Positions 8,587 to 16,538 of a stretch of 35,259 bases of DNA are shown in pieces. Within the stretch, counting starts at the first letter, position 1, and every line of letters starts with the position of its first letter. Source of the DNA: Planctomycetota bacterium (lineage in GTDB: Bacteria > Planctomycetota > GCA-002687715 > DRQF01). Below the pieces are notes generated by a model. It saw only the letters and a program-made list of their open reading frames with translations. It searched no databases and was not told the origin of the DNA. A program made the translations under genes and the position numbers. The stretch lies in the NCBI GenBank assembly GCA_027001995.1, contig JALTLO010000170.1, forward strand, positions 1 through 35,259, read 5' to 3'.

Positions 8587-10165
8587 TTTGGATTAAGTTC
8601 CTTGTTTCCTCTAATCGTGCTTGAAGTAGCTCGCTTCCGTCAATGACATCGCGTGCCAGGACTACGATATCATTGAGTACACTTTCCTGCTTGAGGATTC
8701 CGACTGCAATCATGAGATCCTCGATTAACTCTGATTCACAGATTCCCGCTTTCAGGGCACTCAATCCGAATCTTAGCGCCTGAGAATAATCGCCATCACG
8801 AAATCTCAGCGTCGAAATTAGCCGACTTGATATGGCGTCGTCTGGCAGCAAAGGCAAGAGTTCCTTGCACCGTTGGCCAAGATTGGCAGCAAGAAGGTAA
8901 CTTGCTTGCGTTTGAATCAAGCCACCGGCAAGAGGCAAAGACTGCCGAAGCAATTCGACAAGGTTGAGTATCTTCTCACATTTTTCAGCCGGTACAGAAA
9001 ATCGAAGCGCCGTCTCTGCCTGGTCAACAACCTGCATAGCAAATTCTTCGGCGACTTCGTCACATTGGGCAATCGCCTCATAAAGGGAAGTCAGGCACTT
9101 GTCATACTTGCCCGCCATTTCCTCGACTTGAGCACGCGTCATCAAGAGATCAGCGCTCAGCGGCCCTTCAGAGACAGCAAACATGCGCTCAGCCAAGACA
9201 AGATCTTGAATCTTGAATGCAAATCTTAGACCTCGTTTGAGATTCCATTCATTTGGCTGCCGTTGAATCAAAGCAAACTGCCTAACGCTAGCAGCCTGCC
9301 AATTTGCACTCTTAGCTGCTATGGCCACGAGAACCCCAAGCGCGACCGTGGGACGACAATCAGAATTCAGAGCAGACTCCGCAAGTTCGAGGGCACACTG
9401 TTCATCGCCTCTTTCAAATGCTCGCCAAGCCAACAACGCCCCTTCGCGCCTCTCGTCGACTTCTATTTTTAGTTTCTTGGCAATCTGAAGGGCTTTGTCA
9501 AACGCAACGATGGACCTCGTTTGACATGCAGCCATGAGCACTTCGGCAAGGAGGTCTCTGGACGGCAAGATATTGAATGCTTCGAATAGCGCATCAATCT
9601 GAACTTCGCTATTGGCATTTTCTTGTCCTTTTTGGCGAAGTCGAGCCACCCGAGCCTCTGGCTTAGTCTTGACAAGATTACGATCCAATATCCCGGCATC
9701 AGCAAGCTCATCGCGGAGTTGGACAAATGAACTCGCATGCGACGCCTCAAAATCAACAGCGCAAACAGCCCTCACCCAAGTGCTGGCAGGGCTTGGGTCA
9801 CATCTTAAGTGCCACCCCAAGAATGGGCCATGCAGATGGACGTTCCGCGCGGTCCGATCATAGAACACACAAGTAACATTGAGATAACCGAAGAGATCAG
9901 GAACCGCTTCTTCCACTTTGCAAATGTAACCCAAGACTGCGTGAGATTCCTCATGATTTAGCTCCAATGAATTCACGCATTCTCCATGTGGTGTCCGCAA
10001 TCGCACTTGCACTTCGGACGACAACTTGCGCGTACTCAAGACCGGAGAAAAACCGAACCGCGAAGCCATTGACTCGTACCGGTCGATTTCCTCGATCACG
10101 CGCCCGACATCAAAACCTTCAGATGTCGCAAAACACAGTTCAATGCTCTCAGAGTCCAAGGCCAC
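8576..10165 (-). CDS. TPR-like helical repeat protein (~529 aa)
   Basis: Likely start is GTG at 10165, preceded by GAGGGAG and overlapping the upstream stop. Ala/Leu-rich helical repeats include AFERGDEQCALELAESAL, AGKYDKCLTSLYEAI and FRDGDYSQALRFGLSAL. Confidence 0.65.
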   Translation of the reverse strand: MALDSESIELCFATSEGFDVGRVIEEIDRYESMASRFGFSPVLSTRKLSSEVQVRLRTPHGECVNSLELNHEESHAVLGYICKVEEAVPDLFGYLNVTCVFYDRTARNVHLHGPFLGWHLRCDPSPASTWVRAVCAVDFEASHASSFVQLRDELADAGILDRNLVKTKPEARVARLRQKGQENANSEVQIDALFEAFNILPSRDLLAEVLMAACQTRSIVAFDKALQIAKKLKIEVDERREGALLAWRAFERGDEQCALELAESALNSDCRPTVALGVLVAIAAKSANWQAASVRQFALIQRQPNEWNLKRGLRFAFKIQDLVLAERMFAVSEGPLSADLLMTRAQVEEMAGKYDKCLTSLYEAIAQCDEVAEEFAMQVVDQAETALRFSVPAEKCEKILNLVELLRQSLPLAGGLIQTQASYLLAANLGQRCKELLPLLPDDAISSRLISTLRFRDGDYSQALRFGLSALKAGICESELIEDLMIAVGILKQESVLNDIVVLARDVIDGSELLQARLEETRNLIQNGK

Positions 10166-12947
10166 GTACTCCCTCAGGCCTGGGAACGATTGAAGGCAAT
10201 CGATTGCCTGCAAGGTCGAAGACCCCGAATTTATTTTTCTTGAGCAAGCCAGATTGCACCCACACCAAGACACAATTCTCGGCGACACTCCACCGAATAG
10301 TGGCCAATTTCCGAGCGAACCCACTTCCACTACGAACGAAGCAATCGATCTTCTCTATTGAAAATGGAAGCTCGCCAGCAGTAATTCTTGTCCGGAATAT
10401 CTCGCAGAGCTTGCAGAGATTGGATCCAACCGAAAAGTACGCCGACCTTTCATTGCAACAGCTACACGTTTTCAAGTGACTATCACAGAAAATGCCGGTA
10501 TCGAGCGTTGTCGTGACAGCGCATTTATCGCACAGAATCTTGTCATCAAGGCGGCATCTCGCGGTGTGTTCCCAACAGGAATAGTCGCCACAAGAACTGC
10601 AGGCCTCCGCAACTTCTTCTTTCAAAGTCGCCTCGCATCTCACGCACGATTCCCTGTGAGACTCGCATAATTCTTGCCCCGTGATCTTGCATGCCGATAG
10701 ATGATCAACACACGTAGGATGCCCACCCTCTGCACAATGAGGGACCTCCCCGCAAAGGCCACAAAAACGTGCGCTACAGGAACCGCATCCGACCCCCTCA
10801 TCAGGACCAATCGCTACTTCACACGTTTGACAAGGAACGGCACACGTGAGGCAAACGACAGCCCCGGTCAACACCGAGACTACGCGATGAGTGTGGCAAA
10901 CTGGTTTCAGACAGTAGCTGCACTTGGAATCATGCGCTTTGCAGTGCGGTTGATCACAAATTGTGCAATGAACTGTTTCAACCTCCCGAAGTGTCCCACC
11001 GCAATCACTGCATTCAACAATGCACCGCGAACACAATGTGTCGCTACTTAAAGACGCAATTTCTGTATGCTCGGCGCAAATGGGGACCGCGCAAGATTTA
11101 CAAGTTGAACAATGGTCCTCACAAAACTGAGCACTGCTATCGTCGTGCTGCGTGCACCTCTTCAGCTGGTTAGAAAAGTGAACGTGACCGTCAACGGCGC
11201 ATTGGCCAGTACAACCCAAACATGCCATTTGACCAGCTCTAGTTTCTACGCAACATGCCTCACAAAATGGCGCATGACAGCCTTCGCATTTCTGGCTTTC
11301 AATCTCTCCAAGCACAGTCCCACAGGCTCGGCAATCTACGCGATGGGAGTCACAGAATGGTCGATTCGTAAGAGTCGAATCGCCAAGGTGATCGACGCAA
11401 GTGACTTTTCCGCACTGTGTACAGAAGTGATCATTGGCATCCTCGGGGCAAAGCACCTCCGCGCACGTGGACGTGGAACACATGATCCCTTGGGATTTAG
11501 ACATCGTCCCCTTGCAAGCGCTACATTCGACGGCACAGCCACTGCAAAGTGGTGCGTCATCAACGCTGGACCTCAGTGCATGCGAACTACAAACCTTGCC
11601 ACCACATTCTCGGCATGCATAAAGGTGAATCGTGGCGCATTTTCGACAGAATGTCTCACCTTGGGTCTCGCATTGTGAGGAATGTTCTTCCAATCGACAG
11701 ACATCGGCATCACACCGGGCACATTTCGTACGTTCGATACTCAGGTGGCGCTCCCCCCCTATCGAGCAGACAAATGAATGTTTCTCACAAGACCACCCGT
11801 CACCGACGCTAACAGCACAATCGATGCAAACAGAATGACCCTGTTTGGCACAAGCTTCACAAGCAGAATTGGCCGAACCGGTGCTGCAGCAGCGGCATTC
11901 CTGCAAACACTCGTCGCAATAAATTCCTCCAGCAGGATCAATGAGGAGCGGTCGGTCAAGGTGCCCACAACAGATCGCGTCATCTGGGATCTCGGCGCGC
12001 CCTGGAATCGCCGGAATTCTGAACTCAAATTCTCGACCTCGACCGTTCGCGACAATCACCCCTAGGTGTGGCACAACTTCATGAATGACAGTCAAAGAAA
12101 TCGGCATGGCTGCCGCCCTCGCATGGCGGGATTCGTCCAATGATTCAAGGCGAGTTGCCCGCTCGGCTTCAATGGCATCCCTGTCGAAAGGGGCTAAGAG
12201 CAGTTGTCTGTCATAGTAGCGCTCGGTCTCAATACGCTGAGCTTCGACCGCCTGAGTATTGGGACCAATAGCCTCCGCCATGAGACTTGAACCGATCTGA
12301 TCTACTGCATGGGTGATGGAATCAAGCGCGCTACTCAATCGTACTCGGTCGATTTCCTTTGGCAGTGCTCGTGCGATTGCAGGGTGATCTTTCGGGTCAT
12401 AAGTTGTTCGCGCGGCAAACAAGCTTGCAGGAACGAGCTCGCCATCTGCAAGATTTACAAGAACAGGAAAAACCTCGTGAAGGGGCCTTGCGCCATGTAT
12501 CTTGAGCTCAACAAGGGCCCTGAGAAAAGTCCTATAGCCAACCTCCTGCTCCAAAGAGACGAGCTCGTACCCGGGAGGCAACTTCCCCTTCTCGCGAGTC
12601 GACGAGATAAACCGTTTTGCGAAAGAATGGGCATATTCTTCGGCATCAACACGCTTGGGAACCCCGGCAATCACTGATCCAAAGGGTACGTTCTTGCCAC
12701 GCATTAAGTCGAACATGCAGTCAACGACAAAGTTTCCTGGCGCAAGGTACTCAAGCTCGCTGTCGAGCCTCTTCATGTCTTGGGATCCAGTAAGCCGCAC
12801 CGTTGAAAGATTGCCAAACCTTTTCCTTAAGTGAGGTGGAATGATCAATTCAATCTCATGAGGCGATGGCCGCTTCACCGAAATGCCAAGCTCTCGGCAA
12901 ACATCCACGACAAAGCGTTCTAACTCACTTGTTATCCACGCACTCAA
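10149..12947 (-). CDS. YqhG-like N-terminal domain plus ~520 aa Cys/His-rich repeat region (932 aa)
   Basis: GTGA overlap with the upstream SNF2 gene. Residues 326-~848 are tandem CxxC-x4-Cxx(H/C) units. The N-terminal ~290 aa resembles YqhG in layout and gene position. Confidence 0.75.
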   Translation of the reverse strand: MSAWITSELERFVVDVCRELGISVKRPSPHEIELIIPPHLRKRFGNLSTVRLTGSQDMKRLDSELEYLAPGNFVVDCMFDLMRGKNVPFGSVIAGVPKRVDAEEYAHSFAKRFISSTREKGKLPPGYELVSLEQEVGYRTFLRALVELKIHGARPLHEVFPVLVNLADGELVPASLFAARTTYDPKDHPAIARALPKEIDRVRLSSALDSITHAVDQIGSSLMAEAIGPNTQAVEAQRIETERYYDRQLLLAPFDRDAIEAERATRLESLDESRHARAAAMPISLTVIHEVVPHLGVIVANGRGREFEFRIPAIPGRAEIPDDAICCGHLDRPLLIDPAGGIYCDECLQECRCCSTGSANSACEACAKQGHSVCIDCAVSVGDGWSCEKHSFVCSIGGERHLSIERTKCARCDADVCRLEEHSSQCETQGETFCRKCATIHLYACRECGGKVCSSHALRSSVDDAPLCSGCAVECSACKGTMSKSQGIMCSTSTCAEVLCPEDANDHFCTQCGKVTCVDHLGDSTLTNRPFCDSHRVDCRACGTVLGEIESQKCEGCHAPFCEACCVETRAGQMACLGCTGQCAVDGHVHFSNQLKRCTQHDDSSAQFCEDHCSTCKSCAVPICAEHTEIASLSSDTLCSRCIVECSDCGGTLREVETVHCTICDQPHCKAHDSKCSYCLKPVCHTHRVVSVLTGAVVCLTCAVPCQTCEVAIGPDEGVGCGSCSARFCGLCGEVPHCAEGGHPTCVDHLSACKITGQELCESHRESCVRCEATLKEEVAEACSSCGDYSCWEHTARCRLDDKILCDKCAVTTTLDTGIFCDSHLKTCSCCNERSAYFSVGSNLCKLCEIFRTRITAGELPFSIEKIDCFVRSGSGFARKLATIRWSVAENCVLVWVQSGLLKKNKFGVFDLAGNRLPSIVPRPEGVRGLGL

Positions 12948-15900
12948 AGCCCAATTTCCGCATCAGACCCCAGGCCAATAAGCAAAGAGTCAAAGCGATT
13001 TGCAGAGACATTCGAATCTGCCGCTTGCCGGGCTTCTTGGATGCGTTCTCCCCCACGGCGTGCGATTGAAGGGTCAATTTCGCCAGCACTTCCCTGTTGA
13101 AGTGCCTTCCGCACAAATCCCTCGACAGATTCACTGTCCTTGAACTGGCCGAGTATTGCCTCTACGAATCCAAATACCGTTTCGAACATCCCTAATTTCT
13201 GTTCGATATATTCGATAACGAGATTTTCGATGGTCTCCTCTGCCATGAGATTGAGCACCAGAACTTCGCGAAACTTGCTGCCAAGACGCTGAATTCGGCC
13301 TATCCGTTGTTCGATCTGTTGCGGGTTCCAAGGTAGGTCTAGGTTAATCATACATCTCGCAAATTGAAGGTTTACTCCTTCCGACAGCCCCACTCCAGTC
13401 ACAAGAAAACGAGTTTTGGCATCGTGCTGAAACTGCTTGATCGCTTTTACGGTCCCATTTCCACTCCAAGCAGTTCGGTAACCTGCAGACTCAAGTGCGG
13501 CACAAATCTCTTTTTGGCTGGCGACAAACTGCGAGAAGATAATCACTTTTTCTTCGCCTGCATTCATCAATTGTGGGACAATCTGATCGATGAGACATCG
13601 AGTCTTGAAATGAGAGGACTGCGCCACACTTCGAATGTGGTCCAAGAAATCACTACCGACCGAAGAATCAAGGAGCGCCTGAAACGAAGAACAAAACTGG
13701 CGAGCGCGAGTGGTGATGACTAATCCGCCGGAAACGCTACCTTGTAGAGCACCAATGAATCCTTTGTAGGCTTTCGACTCCTTGGCGCTTAGGGTAATCC
13801 GGAAGGTTTGTGACTTCCTACTCGGGAAGGCCTTGTGTACCATTTCTCTTCGATTACGAATCATGACCTCTTCAAGTGTTGACTGCAGCATGTCCAAGTT
13901 TTTTACCGCCCAATTGCCTTTTCTACCGCCAAAAAAAGAAATGAATGCATTTGTGTCCTCTGCAAATAGGCCGGGTCGAAGGAGACTCACAAGGTCATAG
14001 AGTTCTGTCAGGCTGTTTCTTGCCGGCGTCGCGCTCAACAGGAGCATTCGCCGAGTCTTGAGCGAAGCGACCAGTCTGCCAAGATTGTTGGCCTTTCTCC
14101 CTGGACGGGCTCGATGCGCCTCGTCAACGATAACGACATCCCAAGGCGACTGGCGAAACATTTCGAAATTGTCCCGCCGACTAGCAATGGAATGAGACAC
14201 AACCACAAAAACCTCGTTTCGATGAAAAGACCGACGGTCTGAAGTTTCACCATCCCCCGTCCCAAAGACTTGGACGTTATTGATTCTGAATTTCATGCGC
14301 ATCTCTTCCGCCCATTGCATTTTCGTTTGTGGGGGAACAAGAACCAATATCCGTTTGGCTTCCTTGCGAACAATGTATTCTTTTACAATCAAGCCGGTTT
14401 CAATTGTCTTTCCCAACCCGACCTCATCCGCCAAAATACCACGTCCTCCAAAATCTCGCAGGACTTTCAGTGCGGCACCGGTCTGATAAGGGTAAGGTGA
14501 AACATCAATGTAGGGCAAACATGTGAGTTCTTCGTAGGCTGGCAACCTTTGAAGAGAGGCAGCCCTTTCTGCAAGATCGATTATTTCAGCAGGGGCGCCA
14601 TCAGGGGCACCATCGCACGCAATTTGCAGTTGATGACGTAAATTGGCCTTAAATCCATCGATTCTGGCGGCGCCAACGCTTGCGACTCCTTTCAACCATG
14701 TCCCACATTTCCAGCACAGAAAATAGTCCCGACCTTGAGGAGCGTCACACCGTTCGCAACGATTAACAACCGCATGCTCGCTATTTTCGATTTTGCTGAA
14801 GGCGGCATGAAACAAATCTTGAGCACTGCGCACACTTGCAGGTCGATCACCGGGAGCTTCCGATCTTAAGGTCGCGACGACTTCGACCAAGCTTGATGGC
14901 AGACTCCTTTCAGCACTGAAAGGTATAGTGTGCAGCACTTTCTTGGGATCACTGGCTCCCCGCGACTGCAGTAAACAAGATAAGATGCCGCCCAATGCGT
15001 AGAGATCACTTTGGACAGAATATGTCCCTAATTGAGCTTCCGGGGCCCAAAAAAACCGAGTGCCCGCATGAATGTCATCTCGCTCAGACATGGAAGCAAT
15101 TCCAAAGTCAATCAGCCGAACCGTAAGAGGATTTTTCTCAACCATAATGTTACTGGGTTTCAGGTCACGAAATAAGACTTGACCGCCCAAGAAGTTGTGC
15201 AAATAGTCCAATCGGTCGCAAATCTGATCAAAGACCTGGCGAACAAATGCTGCATCGATGGCGGCGGGGTCAGCTGATTCTAAATGCACCCTGAGATCCT
15301 CGCCTTCGAGGAGATCCATCGGCATGAAGAAAGCACCTTCAAACTCAAAGGATTCATAGACCCGTGGGAAATAGTCAGGACGATCAATCAGGGTGAGCAA
15401 CTCGACTTCGTTCTTGAGGGCGATTCTATCGACTCCTTCCCGACGTCGAAGTGTTTTTAGGGCAACTTGCCGCGAGCGTTGCAAGTCGAGAGCACATAGC
15501 ACCTGTCCCATTCCTCCTTCGCCCAACAACGCAATTACTTCATAACGGTCGTCAAGAACCTCACCAGCTTCATAGCGTACAGTGTTGACGACCGACTCTG
15601 CTCCTTTCGAAGTATTGCCAACTGGTTTCGCTCTGGGCGGAGTTGTAAGCGTCGGCGATAATGCGGGGTGACCAAGTATTGTTACCTCTTTTCTGCCCAC
15701 GACTATCGAGCGTTTCACTCGAGGAGTTGTCATTGTCAATTCTGGAAACAGAATTCCGTTTAGTCCAGGGGCGACACCTATCTCCTCTGGAACGACAGGC
15801 AGATCATCTTTCTTTGGCCCCCCCCGGGCCGGTGGTGTCCTTGTGCTACTCAACAGATCTATTCGTTCATTATCAGCCGATTCGATTTTTCTCGTTTTCG

Positions 15901-16168
15901 GTTCATCGCGCGGAACGGGTTCAGGGTTCTTCGCTCTACCGGTCTTGGCAACAGACTCCCAAAGAGGTCTTTTGGATTCACCACGACAACTTCGGAAGTT
16001 TTTCCCATGAACACCAGAATAGAGAATGCTATTGATTTCTTGCTTTGTGACGATGTGCCCTTCACCTCGAAGTCGATCGCCAATGGAATGAGCACAAAGT
16101 GGTTCGTTTGATCGAATCAAGACTCGGCATATTTGGTCCGCGAGCTTTTTGCGAGCATCGATGGTCAT
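12944..16168 (-). CDS. Fusion of Z-alpha-like winged helix, Hanks-type Ser/Thr kinase, zinc ribbon and YqhH-type SNF2 helicase (1074 aa)
   Basis: Kinase motifs LGEGGMGQV, VALK, RDLKPSN, DFG, APE and SDLYALG. Zinc ribbon CERC...CWKCG. Helicase motifs ILADEVGLGKT, VDEAH, SATP, EGVNLQ and EQRIGRIQR. N-terminal KQEINSILYS...RPLW. Confidence 0.88.
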   Translation of the reverse strand: MTIDARKKLADQICRVLIRSNEPLCAHSIGDRLRGEGHIVTKQEINSILYSGVHGKNFRSCRGESKRPLWESVAKTGRAKNPEPVPRDEPKTRKIESADNERIDLLSSTRTPPARGGPKKDDLPVVPEEIGVAPGLNGILFPELTMTTPRVKRSIVVGRKEVTILGHPALSPTLTTPPRAKPVGNTSKGAESVVNTVRYEAGEVLDDRYEVIALLGEGGMGQVLCALDLQRSRQVALKTLRRREGVDRIALKNEVELLTLIDRPDYFPRVYESFEFEGAFFMPMDLLEGEDLRVHLESADPAAIDAAFVRQVFDQICDRLDYLHNFLGGQVLFRDLKPSNIMVEKNPLTVRLIDFGIASMSERDDIHAGTRFFWAPEAQLGTYSVQSDLYALGGILSCLLQSRGASDPKKVLHTIPFSAERSLPSSLVEVVATLRSEAPGDRPASVRSAQDLFHAAFSKIENSEHAVVNRCERCDAPQGRDYFLCWKCGTWLKGVASVGAARIDGFKANLRHQLQIACDGAPDGAPAEIIDLAERAASLQRLPAYEELTCLPYIDVSPYPYQTGAALKVLRDFGGRGILADEVGLGKTIETGLIVKEYIVRKEAKRILVLVPPQTKMQWAEEMRMKFRINNVQVFGTGDGETSDRRSFHRNEVFVVVSHSIASRRDNFEMFRQSPWDVVIVDEAHRARPGRKANNLGRLVASLKTRRMLLLSATPARNSLTELYDLVSLLRPGLFAEDTNAFISFFGGRKGNWAVKNLDMLQSTLEEVMIRNRREMVHKAFPSRKSQTFRITLSAKESKAYKGFIGALQGSVSGGLVITTRARQFCSSFQALLDSSVGSDFLDHIRSVAQSSHFKTRCLIDQIVPQLMNAGEEKVIIFSQFVASQKEICAALESAGYRTAWSGNGTVKAIKQFQHDAKTRFLVTGVGLSEGVNLQFARCMINLDLPWNPQQIEQRIGRIQRLGSKFREVLVLNLMAEETIENLVIEYIEQKLGMFETVFGFVEAILGQFKDSESVEGFVRKALQQGSAGEIDPSIARRGGERIQEARQAADSNVSANRFDSLLIGLGSDAEIGL

Positions 16169-16259
16169 GGCGCGACTATTTGCCTTGCGAATTAATGTTG
16201 AAACCTGAGATCCTTGCTCCGAAACAAAGATGCAAACGCGCCTTCACGGAACTACGCGC

Positions 16260-16288
16260 AAGTTATTCGGTCCCAAACTGGCTGTCAA
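16260..16288 (-). promoter_or_regulatory. Candidate sigma70 promoter for the kinase-SNF2 operon
   Basis: Minus strand reads TTGACA, 17 bp spacer, TAACTT, about 90 bp upstream of the ATG at 16168. Confidence 0.5.
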
Positions 16289-16538
16289 GACAGAGGATTG
16301 TCACACGCCATGTGGAAAAGGGGATTTTACCGAGAAACGGCGAGCCGGGTCCGTGAGCATGTGCAGCAAGAAGTGCGGTAGGAACGACTTACACCGAACA
16401 CCTGAGTGCTCTGCAATTCGCAGAAAGAGAGAATCAACAGGCGAATTCGAACTCCGCCCTCATTCGGCAACACCTACCCCACACAGCCACTGGCTTCCAG
16501 GGAAAATCGAGAGCATTCTATCGTGTGAGAGTTCTGGA

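Noticed and set aside
10166..10330. ORF-track start at 10330 for the TPR-like gene
   Set aside because: It would overlap the upstream gene by ~180 bp. GTG at 10165 has a good RBS and a short overlap.
10404..11972. Cys/His-rich region as a multihaem cytochrome c
   Set aside because: I see only one CxxCH (CEGCH). The dominant motifs are CxxC and CxxH, and there is no export signal.
16440..16463. GGCGAATTCGAACTCCGCCCTCA as a tRNA 3' remnant or att site
   Set aside because: The stem is mismatched and only 7 bp (GCCCTCA) match the tRNA-Lys 3' end, which is compatible with chance.
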